DNA of 63,806 nt, the filler included, from Choristocarpus tenellus KU-1152 (Eukaryota > Protista > Phaeophyceae), in assembly GCA_964200185.2 (NCBI GenBank). It is 15 parts of 15 records of this genome, joined end to end, with 100 filler letters (N's around TTAATTAATTAA, not from the genome) between each part and the next. Parts side by side here need not be neighbours in the genome. Positions count along the whole stretch, not along the records: positions 31,356 to 36,448 come from CAXNAD020011903.1; positions 36,549 to 39,079 come from CAXNAD020027012.1; positions 39,180 to 44,991 come from CAXNAD020009693.1; positions 45,092 to 49,306 come from CAXNAD020015649.1; positions 49,407 to 52,908 come from CAXNAD020019589.1; 10 more parts are not named here. The stretch is one strand, 5' to 3'. The translations under genes were made by a program, and so were the position numbers. Each line of letters starts with the position of its first letter. Within the stretch, counting starts at the first letter, position 1. Shown here piece by piece: positions 36,395 to 50,608 of this stretch. The notes beneath the pieces were generated by a model, which saw only the letters and a list, made by a program, of their open reading frames with translations, did not search any database and was not told the origin of the DNA.

Positions 36395-39300
36395 TTAAAA
36401 AATATATAAATTTTTTATTTTTTTTGTATAATTTTTAGAACTGATGTANNNNNNNNNNNNNNNNNNNNNNNNNNNNNNNNNNNNNNNNNNNNTTAATTAA
36501 TTAANNNNNNNNNNNNNNNNNNNNNNNNNNNNNNNNNNNNNNNNNNNNGTGTTCTTCCGATCTAAAAAAACACCCCCCCCCCCCCCCCAACGATTGAAGC
36601 AATAAAAACAGTTGAAGGTGTGAGAAATTGTTGATAAAGGCAGTAGAGAGCATTGTCACAACTAACGTAACCAGTTTGGCGACACAGATCTACCTCTAGG
36701 GGGAAAGCATCAAGTATAGGATGTGTGAGAGATAGGGTTTCAAAGGATGTGTTGGTGCATCAATCGGCGATATTAAGGTTCACGTTTTTGGCTAGAGATG
36801 ATGTTGTTACGACTAGCCTATCATATTAACCCATACAAGCAAGAAAGCAGGCGTGAAGATATAGATGAGACTGCTCGAGACAAGTCGCCGAGAGGTTTGT
36901 GTCCAAGAGGTCATCAGTCAAGTCGATGTGCGTCCTCCTTTGGCACTTCAGATCTAGTCACAGCCTATTGGACAACACCGGAGGCCCGGAAAAGATGCTA
37001 ATCATTCTTGGCTGTATTAGGATGTTGACGATAGGGATCGAAAAACGCTCAAGTCGGAGTCTGCAACATACCGCAATTGAGCTCTTATAAAATGACGGTT
37101 GAGTAATTTCCACCCCAGCGTCAATCTCTCACAGCAACTGCAGTATTCACCCGGTCACCGACAGTACAGAGAAACATAAAATCAATTGAAAACTCTCACA
37201 TGTTACTACTCCCTTCGTGTCTTCGCATTTCACCATCACAAAGATAGTCTCGTGCATTTTGGTGAGTACGGGATTGGGCATTCCCCTCAACCCAACTACA
37301 TGGACCACCACATTGAGCTCCCGTGGTCTAGGCCGAGGACGATTCATATCGAGACAGAGAGGGAAAATCTGCAAGGAATTAAGGAAGATTATTTCCCACT
37401 GTTATGGAGGCCTGGTAGTCTAGTCCTAGATTGAGCAGGTTCACTATGCCATACATAATCAATAAGGGTTACATCCATCATAGCTGTTCAACACCTATGA
37501 GAGGCGTGAAAATGATCATTTAATAGGAAACAGAAATCGGTCAACATTATATTGAAAACTATTATAATACAACACTAATCAGTAGTGTAATGTGACAGTT
37601 GGAAAGTTGAACAAAGAAATGCTTAAACCGAACAAAAGTTAAATTGAGCCCACATAATAAAAACCAATCACAGCAATAATACATTGCTTTATTGTTATAC
37701 TTCTCGTAACCACTTCACACAAACGCACCTAATGAGTAGAGCTTGAACGAGGACGGAGAAGGTGATGGTAGGAGGAGGTACTTGGGGCATATGTCCGAGA
37801 TGAGTTGCTGAAGTTCAATGACGATGATAAGCGCCCATTATCAACATGTTCCTTCAGTGCACACAGGTCAAGAAGAGAAAACGGTCTCACATGTACTGCG
37901 GCAACCAAGGGGAAGGGAACTTCCATCGTGATTACGTTATCACACGCCAGCAACAGCTCAACCATAGACAGACACTCTTGTACACACCGCATGAGGATGC
38001 ACTCTCATTTGACTTTACCAACAAAACAATATTGCTGGTGGCAAGACGTGTAATACATACTAACTATACGCAGTACTTCAAGTCCATATTATTAACAAAT
38101 GGTTATTATACAACACATACAACACTTGTCTTTTACAACACTTGTACTTCTAGCATTATCAATAGTGTATTTGAAAACGAGATGCTATATCAAAACAACT
38201 TAATAAAGTAATAGCAGTAGTTGAACCTGCCCGGTTGCTGGATCCAAACAACAGGATGTGGAAACTAGTCGCACATGTACATACCCAAGGGCTTAAGGAC
38301 AAGTACAACACTGTTTGTCTATGGTCAGCCAGCTGGGCAGTGCCTGCAGGCAGGTGGGTGTCCCCTGCACCCTGGGGAATTAAAGCCCCTTCACCATTAA
38401 CCACAATTTCGGTTTGGATGCCATATTCCATATACTGGGTCACTATCTAATGCAGCCACTTGCCCCTTACCAGGAAAGGGCGTACATTTTTCTTATCGTA
38501 TGATTTCATGGTAATACAGTGCCCACCTTTTCGGTGGGTATACTGGATGTGGCCTTCACTGAGGTCCAAGCGGACTGCCATCTCCAATCGTCAGCAAACA
38601 CAATGTTGTCGTTGCTGCTGTAGCTGAGACCTGGAAGTGCAACCTCTACGAGGGATTTTTTTTACTCTCATAGTTTCCTCATATAGTTTTAACCGCCTTG
38701 GCCATGGAAAGGTATATGGACCTAGACACCCCAGCACAGAGCAGTTTGTGGATGACGTCGTCACTACTCATGTAGTGTGGGGGGTAGGGGGGGTAGGAAT
38801 TTGGTCGTAAGGGAGTAGTGAAGGCACGTGTGCAACAGATTGTGTCAGTCACTGCACAAATAAATAGCAATATTCAAATGTTTCATGCATTTTAAATTGG
38901 AGACACCAGGTCGGTGGGCTAGAAGGAGCTTGACTGACACGTGGACTCTTCTCTTGCTTGTAGACCACCTTCATAGCGTCAGGTCAAAAAACGGACGCCG
39001 GCACCCCCCCCCCCCTACACCTTTACCCCACCATTTCGGGGGAGACTCTAACTCTACACAAATATATAGTTTTTGGGCANNNNNNNNNNNNNNNNNNNNN
39101 NNNNNNNNNNNNNNNNNNNNNNNTTAATTAATTAANNNNNNNNNNNNNNNNNNNNNNNNNNNNNNNNNNNNNNNNNNNNGTGTTCTCCCGTGGTGGCACG
39201 TCAACATCCGAATGTCTTTGCATGGGCCAAGGCCAACGGCTGTCGAACATTTTTCTAGGTTGGTGTATCATTTTTCCTTCAGCTCTTTCTGCCTAGTATG

Positions 39301-39738
39301 TCATCGAGCATTTTGAATGGATGTGATTGTTTTGTGGTGGATTGTCCAAAGCACGAAGAACTAGCTTTGCTTTTGTCATCCCCTTGTATTCAAATGTGCA
39401 TTAGCAACCTCGACCAGTGGATTTGTCTACAGCATCGTATCAAGCAAGGTGATGTATGAAATGTTTGTGAGCGTTTTGTTGTTAATTGCTTCTTGTGGTG
39501 TGTGTAGGTCTCGAAGAATTTTCATTTTGACTCTTTTTTAGTATCTCACATATTCCTCTCTTTCCTTTGACTCCTCAGTCAATAGGTCTGCTTTGACATA
39601 ATCTGCGTAGATCTTTCCTTTTCCTTGGAGCTTGTCCTCCGCCCCCCTCTCTACATCCATGATGTGGAGTATTATTGCAACTTGTATGTGGAGTTTACTG
39701 CTGAAGAATTAAGTGAGCTATTGGCACAAGCCTCTTTT

Positions 39739-39921
39739 GACTCAAAGTATCTGGGGAGGGATGGCGGCTATCCATTCTGGACCCATGTTTCCATAGTCGC
39801 GATTTTTTTGGTGATTTGGTTCCATGCGTCGGATGTATAATGTTAAGTGCACGTTTCCTGGTCAAGGCCCAAATGGACACCCTGGTGTAGACCCCCCCTT
39901 CTCCCCCTGATACTTTGAGTA
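39739..39921 (+). mobile_element. MITE family A, full length with TTTT 4-bp TSD
   Basis: TTTT|GACTCAAAGTATCTGGGG ... CCCCTGATACTTTGAGTA|TTTT. Confidence 0.92.
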
Positions 39922-41639
39922 TTTTCTGCTGTTCTTAGCACCCTGAATAATACAAGATATATATGTATATAGCTATTCCTGAAGTTTAAGGTATATGCAA
40001 AAGATTTTTGGCTGAGAGATTGTGTTAGTCCTAAGTAACAGCGTCAATACCAGCAGATCATATTGCAATAATTTGTTTCTGTCATCAGTTACATCACAAT
40101 ATCCCGCTGTTGCTGGGATGCTTGATTGCTCTAAACCTACTTCTCATCACCTCTCTTGCACCTGCAGCATCACATCTATTACATTCTTGTGTTCTTTCGT
40201 GCATCAGAGCAACATGCAGTTTGTTTGCCGTGTTCAATGTCTCTTATCATGACAAACATTTTGGGTGGAGGTCACGTTTGATGTGGGTTTTGGGGTATTG
40301 TGCAGTTACACAGTATTCGCATGTCATTATGTTCATGTCGCAGGTGATGGGTCTTATTGACGGATTTGTAAACAACATGAAGAGCTTGAAGTACTAGATT
40401 TTATTTGCTTTGTTTGTTGACAATTAATTACCTAGTCATTGTGAGACCATTTTATGCCCATGTCTCAGCTCTATGTTTCAATCATACAACAAAGAGAATG
40501 ATCACAGTGAGAGATCCAGCATATATGATGATATTTTGATTTGGTGATATTTGTAAGCCTCATCATCAGCCCACAGGCTTGTGGATTAGAGGTACACATC
40601 CCATTAAGGTAATCTGTGGAGCAATTGTAACACGGAAGTCTTGACTTGTCTCATTCTGGAGAGAATACTCGGCTCACCCCATAGGACTGTTGTTGACTCC
40701 TTGAGACCACCTGGACCCGTCTCAATCTCCACTTCTTTCAGATTGGGGGGAAACGGTGTGCATCGTCACATCTGTGGGTCATACCTCACATCTGTGGGTC
40801 ATACCTCACATCCCTAGCGAGGAAACATGGTCGCATCAATGACATGCACTTGAGATCATGGCTTCAGGGTCTCTCTCTACGACCTTGAGGCTGTGCGAAA
40901 GTGCAGGTAGCCTTACGATGTGTACAGGGTCATATCAATGGCCTGTCCTCCAGACCACGACTTCAGGATGTCCCTCTGATGATTTAAAGACGGAGATCAT
41001 GCATGGGGTGCTGGCAGCATTGCTGTTGTGGGTTCCTGTGTTTGTTCCAATTTCTGTTGAGTAGGTTCCGCTATTTTTTTGTTCTCACTCTTGTTGTCCG
41101 TTGATGCTCTTGCTGTTTATTCGCCTTCTCCTGCATTGCAATCACCTCTTTCAGTTCCAGGATTAACAAGCAGTTCGATCATCAGTGTCTACTCAGGTGC
41201 AGACTTGCGCTGTCAGCATTTTCAGAAGGGTTGAAGGTGGCTAAGGGAACACAGCATGTGCTTTGTCTATCACCCATAGGTACCCCTGTTAAGAAGGTGT
41301 GACACAAGGAGAAAAGAGAGACTAGATACTTGGGCTGTGTACCTCGAGAGGAAGACAATAGAACGGCAGGACAAGTCAGATATCTCCAGTCGTCAGGAGC
41401 AACAAACAAGAGCGCACTGGAGATGGCAATAGGGAGGGGGGGGGGAATTGTTACATATAGATGAGTGAGCCACAACAACCTACTGGATTTGGTTACAACG
41501 AGGGGAGTCTATGACAGTACCCTATTTCTATGTGAGTGTGAGACGTATTGTTTTTTTGTTTATAGTTCTGAAGGGGGAGAGTCTACACAGCAGTACCCTA
41601 TTTCTATATTATTGCATATATTGCATATTACTTTTTGTG

Positions 41640-41821
41640 GGGTCAATGTATCTGAGGGGGGAGGTGTGGTTTGTGAGAGGGCGTCTGTTTCAGCCAAACA
41701 ACTCTTTTTTTTGCTGATATTTTTGCAAATCCGACGCGTGCGACCAAATCACACCAAAAAAGTGAAAATCGAAAAAGGGTGAAAAACGGACGCCGACACC
41801 CCCCCCCAGATACTTTGACCC
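41640..41821. mobile_element. MITE family B, full length with TGTG 4-bp TSD
   Basis: TGTG|GGGTCAATGTATCTGAGGGGG ... CCCCCCCAGATACTTTGACCC|TGTG. Interior differs from family A. Partial copies at 11506 and about 38985. Confidence 0.88.
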
Positions 41822-42499
41822 TGTGCTGATATTTTCTGACTTGATAGCTCTGAATGTGCAGAGTCTTTTTACGACAGCACTCTGAGCGACTCTTCAACTG
41901 TTCCAAGCTCAATCTTTACCAGTATGATCCGAAGACTGTCCAGGAAAGTAGGAACAGAGCGCCTTCTCCCAATTCGAGAATGGTTGTTGTGGAAGCTCAA
42001 CGGTTCGCAGCATCCACTCATTGTATGGTATGTGTGGGGCCAAAACCCATTGACGCTTGACTATGTTTTCAGGGAAAACATGTTTTCCATCCATTAAGGT
42101 GTTTGTGCTGAATGCTTCTCCTAACCTTATTATTATGGAAGGACAGATTGGTGCGGATATATATACGGCCATGGCCTTTGCAACTCTGATTCAAATCAGA
42201 TCAAATATACATGGTGGGAAAGCTGAGGGCAAGGGGTGCATGATGGAATATATGGACAGGAAACAGTGGATTTCGACAGGTAGCACATGATCTCAAGATT
42301 TTGCAAGTGGTTTGAGATGTTAGAAAGGGGTGGGAGTTTCGTATCTATTGTAAAGGTTGCTACATTTTATGGTTTTGTATGAGGAAGCATATATTGGCTG
42401 AGAGCGTATGTGAAAACACCTGTATATTGATACGGGAGATATTGTTGGGGGTTGTACAGGTCTTGAAAAATGGTGCATTTACTGAGAGAAAGCAAACGA

Positions 42500-42965
42500 G
42501 AGGTACCCATGTTTTGGTCGTTATGCATTTGAAGTTTGTTTTGTGATCTATTGCAATTCACCCATATTTTATGGATGGAGTTTTAAGTCTGACTTGTGAA
42601 CTCTCTGATTTTTGAAAATTTTCCAGCAAAACCGAAATTATCCTCCACACATTCTGAATTTGAAAAAGCCGAACGTTTCACATATTTGTCAACATCCTAA
42701 ATATGCAACTCTTAGTTCCTCACGTTTACTTTGACTCTGAGGTATCCAGGCTTTGGGCGTTTTGCATTTCAAGTGTGTTTTCAATCTTCGCTTCACCCAT
42801 ATTTCTACGGATGAAGTTCTAAGTTTGACTTGAGAGTTTATTTCTGTAGTGCTCGAAAATTTTCCGGCATAATTCAGAAAATATTTATTCTACACATAGT
42901 CGTAAAAGTAGTCAAATTTTGCGCGTATTTGTCAGCACCCATAAAATGCAACTCTTGGTGCCCCT
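42500..42965 (+). repeat. Repeat family D, two diverged tandem ~240-bp units
   Basis: TTCACCCATATTT at about 42557 and 42792, each followed by TTTGTCA.CA.C.TAAA.TGCAACTCTT. Homologous to 15388-15625. Confidence 0.75.
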
Positions 42966-45097
42966 ATTGATGTAACAGTAAGTCATTTTCGAGGTACTTA
43001 GTGGACAGCATTCCACACATAGAAAAAATCCATTTGTGGGGGGGTACAAATGGAAAAATCATTTTTGACTAATGAACGGTTGTTACTGTCTGTTACAGGT
43101 CTGTGTTATCCACGTTGGGACATATTCTCAAAAATCAAACATTTAGGAGTTGACTCTTTCGTTTCTGGATCCCAAATCATTTGTAGCCACTTTTACTTCT
43201 GAGAGATGTTTAGAACAAGTCTTTCAACAACCAGGGAAAGATGTTGACGAATAGAGATATTGTGATTTGTACAATTTGTCCCCACTACCACAAATCATTT
43301 GGGAGATATTCAAATAAACTTTTTTGTACCGCCCAATCACGTCTACACTTTTCACCGGGGATGAGTGGTACCGTCAAATATTTGTACATGTTTCATATTA
43401 TGCACACTTACGACAACTGTTACTTTTCTTACAGAAGGCTTATTATTACTATTTTATTATGCCTTGTGATGTTAGTTTGACTCCCCCCTGGCATTTTGAA
43501 GATGTGTCACAGCGAAAAACAAAAGATATCAAGTATATAACAAGGACTCCTGTAAAAATAACTGTTGTCATTAATGAAAAAGATACCTCGTGAAAACTAG
43601 CAATACAACAACAGATATTTAAAGGTTGGTAGGTGCAATGTAATGTGTATATGGTGCGCTTCGTAACTAGCTTAGCCCCACAAAGGTGGGCGAGGACCTA
43701 GCAAAGCATCCCAATAGTCTGGCAGGCCCCTCCTTGCCCATCTGCCTGGTCTCTCTATCTCGAAATGCGTCACGCATCTCGAGAGAGCCACTTGTGCAGT
43801 GACGGACATGCTTTATATGCATGCTATATAATATGCTATGGTCCTAGAGAACGTGGATGCCATGCTCTGTCTGTCCCCTCAGGTGGAGGAGTATGCAGTA
43901 CCTTCACGGTTCCAAGTCTAGAATCACCATCTTCCATATTTAACCACTCAACACACTTTGTGCATGTGTAGCCTGAACTCACATCACGCAGAAAATTCCA
44001 CCACCAGCCTATCCAAGCATAATACGAGGACTACAACACAAGGGCAGACCATTGAAAAAAAGGATACGTAACATTTGTCAATACCAAGGAAACTGTGCTG
44101 AACACAAAATATCCCTTGCTATCTTAATTTGGTGCATGACAAGTTCATCGTAGTGGGTACTTCATGCTAGTGACATAAGTCTCACTACATAATAATGAAA
44201 ATATTGTGAATGCACTATTGATATCACCAACTCCTACTCAACAGAGCATCAGGTGTGATTCATGCTGACAACACTACATAATACCCGTAGTCATCTATTG
44301 TGTTATTGAAATTGGTACTCAGTCTTTTTAGCAATTAATCAGTAATGTCCTGCTTCGACACACATTTTTCAAAAGATAGTCAGCTTTGGTAAGTACCTGA
44401 TCCTTTGCACCAGCCCTGCAGACGCCTCTGCTGAAACCCTGCCCGCAGCCCTGATCAGGTATGCACCGATCATAGCGACAGGGGATAAAGAAAAAGGCAG
44501 AAGGGCAGGGGTGGGGGCACAAAACTAGGAAAGCAGTTAGATGGACTTGACCATTATAGTCAGCATCATGCTTGAGACAAGAATATCCACAGGAAATTCA
44601 AAGGAAGGTCATAGATTATCTTAAACTACATCATGAAACTGGTAATCTGGAATGTGGAGGTTATACCCTAACCCTAACTAGCTATTGGTAGACCACGGTA
44701 CGGTTGAGGCCTTGGCAGAAATAATGGAAATGCAGTACGGAGGCGTTTTCAAGACAAGAAATGCCAATCTGCCCATGCCACATGAAACGAGGGATGCCAA
44801 TACTGAAGGCCATAAGACATCAAGCAAATGTCAAATACAGCTTAGCTCATCTTCCCTAGAAATAGGGGGGGGGGGGTCCCCCACACATCCTGATTCAAGG
44901 GGGAGGACAGCGGTCATCATCAGTAAAGTCTCATCTAGTCAAGAATGAACATCCACCTTGTCCTCACACCCAGCCTGTGAGTACCGTTTATNNNNNNNNN
45001 NNNNNNNNNNNNNNNNNNNNNNNNNNNNNNNNNNNTTAATTAATTAANNNNNNNNNNNNNNNNNNNNNNNNNNNNNNNNNNNNNNNNNNNNCCGGTG

Positions 45098-48000
45098 ATT
45101 CTCTTCGCCACCCTTGCCTGAGTGAACCACGCCGCCACAGAATCACACGATTCACGATAGGTTGCAATCATTTCACGGCATTGTGGGATCTGTTCCATTC
45201 TTTCGTGAAGATCACAAGGCTGTCTATAGCCACAAAGACGAAGGCGATAGACAGCATTAGTGGACGAACGACGACTAGGACCAGGTCTATATCCAACAAT
45301 GCTATCAATAGTGTACTGGCCAATAACAGGTTGAGAGATTTGATGGTCTACATCCGGTAATGGTAATGGTTTTCCCCAAAACAAATAATCCAGTTCATTT
45401 TAATCTGGTGTGGGAGGTTGGACTTGAGGATAGTTACGCTTCATTCTCCCAGATGAATAGAAAATGGATGTGGATTTCCAGGTAACACTACCCTGTACAC
45501 GATGGGTGATACCTTAGAATGTACTTCATATGGACCCCTCCAAGGGTGATTTAACTTCGGATTTGGACCATCAGTACTCTCTCATGTGGCCTATGGACTA
45601 GATCTTGATCACCAGGTACGAAAACGGGGAACACGACACGTTGGTTGACACGCTCCTGATTTTTAACGTGTTTAATGGAGATACAACGTGCCAACTCAAA
45701 TGCAAACTGTAAATTATCTTTGGTTTGCTGAGTAAGCTCTTCAGCAGTGACATCTGAATCAGCATTAGACGAACCAAGGATAATATCAACAAGTAAACGA
45801 GCTTATCTTCCAAACAGAAGGAAAAACAAAGTTTCATGCAACTTTGCGTGAATGCTGTGTTAAGGGCTAAACTATACAAAAAAGGCAGCAAGAGATGCCC
45901 AGTTATCCTCAGCAACAGAGATTTACATTGCTAGCATAGAATTGTAACGTAGCATGTGCTCTCTTGCTCGTAGATAGTGCTTCTGATACACATAAACACC
46001 ACCGGTGGAATAGATGATAGGATGGAGAGCCAGTGACAGATACATCATATGTACTGACGCATAGTATCCATTGATTTCTGTATCATGTTCAAGATACACT
46101 TTCTATACTTAAGACCAGTAAATATGTGATTCATAGTAAATTAGTGTGGACGATTACAAACCCCACACTATAGAAATAATAATGGTAGTAGTCTAGGCTA
46201 TAGTCTTGCCCTCGTACTCAGTCAGCGATATCGAGACCATAAGCCCTTATAATATTAACTTTACTCCTCTACATTAAGCTGTTCATTGTCCTTCATTAAA
46301 GACCAAGGCCGCGGGTCCAGTGTGGGATACTTCAACATCTCTCCCTAACACTGAATTTCCTTGGGGGTGATACGGTGTGGTTTGGTTTTCTTTTAATCAA
46401 AGACAGACTGCAACTCTGCAACTATACTGTTTTCAAATTCGGTACCTTGATCGGAGTGTAACAGCTCGGGTGGGCCCAAATTGAAAAGACACGTTGTACC
46501 AGCGTACAAGCAATTGTTGCGGCCTCTTTATTTGGAATAGGGCTCAGCACAACAAAACGAGTGAGGTGATCAATGGCAGACTATATGTACGAGCACAGCA
46601 CACCATTTCCTGCTGGGGAACGTGTTTTGTACTCTACCAAATCAATAGCAAAACGTTGAAATGGTCTGTCAATGGACATATGGCCAGTGGGAAGTGTAGC
46701 TTTGTTATGAGCAATCTTACGCGTTTGGCATGCTTGACAATCACAACACCATGTACGAACGTCGATATTGAATGTTGGCCACCAATACGAGTCTCTAATC
46801 TTATCGAAAGTGGGTTTGAAACCTAAGTGGTCCCCAGACAATGCATGGTCATGGCAAGCATGGAGTGCAAGACGGACTAACGAGCGAGGAACGACCAACT
46901 GGTCTCTAAACGTGCTCCTCTTACGAAGATGGCATGGTAAGTACGAACGATACACTAAGCCACTACGAAGGAAAAAATACGACATAGACGTCATCGATTC
47001 CTTATCTGGTGGTGGGGCGACGTTGGGGGAGTGCAAATAACTGAAATATGATTCGAACTCGGATTCCTGCTCCTTTCGCAATTGCTCCGTGCGTCCACCT
47101 TAGGGAACACAATAGTGGAACTAGTAAATAGTTGACGATCACTCTGGATGAGTGTTGCTCTTGCCAATCAAGGATTGCACCCAAGGCCTCCATGACACTA
47201 TTCTCAAGCAGTATTTTCCTGGGACCAAGTTTGGGAATCGCTCCACTTCTCTCCTGAGATATTGGCTCTCTCGTTGGGGGTGGGACGAAGTTTGAATGAG
47301 GAAATAGCATGGGAGGTGGTGACTGCGTCAACGAAAAACCTTGTGGACATCTTTCCACGACGTTGGAAAGGTTATAATAGGCACAGGGGTGTCAAGGGGC
47401 TATTGCAATCTGCCCAAATTCACTTGTTGAACACCATTCTATCGTACCAGCCATTGCCTGAAAATAGAATGTTTCGTCAGGTCCTTGAAGAATTTTCGGT
47501 AAAACATCTACACAACGAGCATTAACCTTTCAGGGGATGTAGGACCTTACTCACTAGAATGCAGATTGATTGCAACATGTCATTTAGAGAACTGAAGTGG
47601 CAGATCTTCTTCTCCAGAACCTGTGATCAGCAGACCAGTCAGGATTTCCAAAGTGGAAAATCTAAAACGATTCTCTTCTGACATTGGTTGTGGGTGCAAG
47701 ACATCGCTACTCTGTTCAACAGGTATTATGTGATTGACGCCATTGCCCCAAACTTGAAGCTTCAACAGATCCTGAAGCCATTCAGGAGGTGCAGTGTTTG
47801 TTCTTACACACTCTTTCACGTGGTGCGCAATGAACGTAACACAGCATATCTGAACTGAGCCTGCGAAATGACCACATCACAAGTAGTGGACCTTGGAGGC
47901 GGGACAGGATCGTCCTGAAAAAGGACCCGACGAGTGTCACGGTAACCCGAGCTGACACAATGCTCAAAGGTCGACGACACGGTTCCTTCATGGTCACGAC

Positions 48001-48355
48001 GATCTGTTGGAGAAGAGGAGGGGGAACCTCGTCTACAATCGGCATTCCTTGCGTTGTTTGACAATGAGGACAAGAGACTGGACGTATATTGGAATCATGG
48101 TTTGTTGAGGATTCCATGTCCTCTGCTGACTCGTGCTCATGAACCTGTTCCTCTGATGGTCTTGTTTTCTCCAGTTGTTGAGCTAGGCGCTCTTGTTCAC
48201 GATGCTTCCTTCTTGATCTTGCGTCCGGCATCTTCCGTCAGCGGTCAAATAAAAGGGAATCTGTCACCCTATCTCTGAGCTCACCCATGTCACCAATATG
48301 AATCATGTGATTCTGTGGCGGCATGGTTCACTCAGGTAAGGGTGGCGAAGAGAAT
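45098..48355 (-). mobile_element. Ty3/Gypsy chromodomain-containing element, degenerate, no RT/RNase H visible
   Basis: PBS-like CA-TATTGGTGAC at 48298; gag-like region 48231-47500; protease tail IPKLG..ILLEN..MEALGAILDW; integrase HHCC (CHDHALSGDHLG...YWW...CQACQ); core (PFQRFAIDLV, LHSDQGTEF, TPYHPQGN); WRGPY motif; chromodomain QYTIDSIVGYR...YRLR. Confidence 0.92.
45965..46337. mobile_element. Solo LTR (373 bp) inserted in the Gypsy integrase
   Basis: TG...CA termini with perfect 5-bp TSD TCTCT (45960-45964, 46338-46342). Removing it rejoins the GNSV and RAHATL integrase segments. Confidence 0.88.
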
Positions 48356-48679
48356 TGCACAAAATAGGACAATAGTAGTGAGGTATACTTTTTTTTGTGT
48401 ATGTGAGATTATTGTGTTGAACTGAGTCCATGTGATGTAATTAATGAAATAGTACATCTGGATTATGTATGGAGTTTGGTATTGCAAGTAGAATTCTCTG
48501 ACATAAACGTTGACTTACTTATGAGACAAATAATATTAAACAAGCAATAGAAGACACCCCACAAAGGTCACTCTTCTAATTCCATCCATCCATTCTTTCC
48601 ACGTTCAGCAAAAGGGATCATGTGGGACTTCACACCTTCTTGTCTTCACTACTGATGAAATAGCATTACCTCCCAAGGT

Positions 48680-49306
48680 AATGTCGCCCATGTCCCTGAT
48701 CTTAGATTCAACCTTTTCTCTTGCCAAGCAGCAGCTGACAAGGGTGCAAAAGGCATTTTCACTGCCAACGCATTCTTGCTATTAGATGGAGTATTTACCT
48801 TCAAAAGAGATCCTGGTTGCCACTATACCCTCCATGATCAACGCATATTGCCGCGACTAGATCGAAATGCTGAAGTTGCTTTAAAGGCCATTATAGCCCC
48901 CTCACTTGTATCCCACGCTACTCACACCAACGTCGACATTAACCTCTTCCACCACTCTTATGGCAACGCACACGAGGCATTGCTCAAGTCCACCGCCACT
49001 TCAATGGGCATTACATTGGTGGGTGAGCTGGAGCCATGATGTGCGGGCTGCTCTATGTCCAAGGGCATACGGAAGGGCATTCAGTCCAGCACATCTTCAA
49101 GGGCGGCAAGAAAGCTGGATCGGGTTTTTGTCGACTTAAGTGGGAAGAAGGGTACCCTTTCAATCGGTGGTAAACAATACACCATGATAATCCGGGATGA
49201 TTATTCTCGTTTTGTTTGGTTGTATTTCCTTCGTGCTAAGTCGGATGCTGCCGAAGCCTTCAAGAAGTACCTGGCCGATATCCGGGCTGATGGTACTCCC
49301 TCTCTC
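48680..49306 (+). mobile_element. Ty1/Copia pol fragment (GAG-pre-integrase + integrase start)
   Basis: VPDLRFNLFSL; DINLFHHSYGNAHE...CAGCSMSKG; RVFVDLSG..GGKQYTMIIRDDYSRFVWLYFLRAKSDA. Confidence 0.92.
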
Positions 49307-50064
49307 NNNNNNNNNNNNNNNNNNNNNNNNNNNNNNNNNNNNNNNNNNNNTTAATTAATTAANNNNNNNNNNNNNNNNNNNNNNNNNNNNNNNNNNNNNN
49401 NNNNNNTTTGGGTGACGGGTGTTGCAGCGTGTTCCCCTCCCCACCCCCCCCCCCCCCCCCCCCCAACCCCCCCCCCCCCCCCCCCCCCCACATTCAACTC
49501 GGGAGGAAATCTCTCGCCTCTCTTACAAAAAAAAAAAGTTGGAGGAGGACCGTTGCTTCCTACCTAGAGCCCTACGTAGATTCCACACTTCGAAGGGTCT
49601 AAAATAGTCTCTCAAGTGTGTTCCAATGCCAAGACGAGGAGATAACGACTTGAACATTTTTTTTGTTTTTGTTTGAACCCTAACCCTTTCTTGAAACGAA
49701 CATTGCACTTTCTTATTTAATCATATCACCACCAGCATAGTGTCTGTGACTATTATACTATCAACAATAATCCATAAATACTTCAAAAAGGATTGCGGGT
49801 GGATGATCATAAATACCCCCTGCATTGGGAAGGTGTTTCTCAACAAGTCAGATTTTAGAAGAGATTTTAGGGCAGAACCTTGGATAATACATTTTTTTTT
49901 TAAGGTTCACACATGCACCAAAAAAAATCTGATAACCTATAATTAACCTCGTGTAACTATAGCCTGATATGTCCCACCAACTGTTCGAACTGATGCTGAG
50001 CAGGAGAGAAGCATTATCGTTATTGCTTCAAAAGCATAGTTTTTATTTTATTTTAATAATAGCA

Positions 50065-50470
50065 AAAATGCAATCAAAGACAATTATCAATATCAATACT
50101 ATTTTCAAAGCACAGATACAATAATATCATTAAAGTGCAATCTATGACAATTATCAATATCAGTACTATTTTCAAAGCATAGATATAATATCATTAAAAT
50201 GCAATTTATAACAATTATCAATATCAATACTATTCTCAAAGCACAGATATAACAATAATACCATTAAAATGCAATCTATGACAATTATCAACATCAATAC
50301 TATTTTCAAAGGACAGATATAATAATATCAATAAAATGCAATCTATAACAATGATCAATATCAACACTATTTTCAAACCATAGAAATAACAATAATAATA
50401 TTAAAATGCAATCTATGACAATTATCAATATCAATACTATTTTCAAACCATAGAAACAATAACAATAATA
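50065..50470. repeat. ~62-bp AT-rich minisatellite, 6-7 copies
   Basis: Unit AAATGCAATCTATGACAATTATCAATATCAATACTATTTTCAAAGCACAGATATAATAATATCATT. Confidence 0.92.
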
Positions 50471-50608
50471 ATAAAACATCATCTACATACCAATAAAAAA
50501 ATACCGCTTCCATTTCTCTCCCCCCCCCCCCAAACTTCCAATTACCGCTGAACTCCTCACCCCTAACCCCCACCCCAATCCCTCAACCACCATCATCATT
50601 ATTATCAC

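Noticed and set aside
36798-37434. Candidate autonomous transposase for the MITEs
   Set aside because: Broken frames with no recognisable DDE or Sola motif.
37729-38640. Possible minus-strand exons
   Set aside because: Splice-like sites are present but frames contain stops and no family is recognisable.
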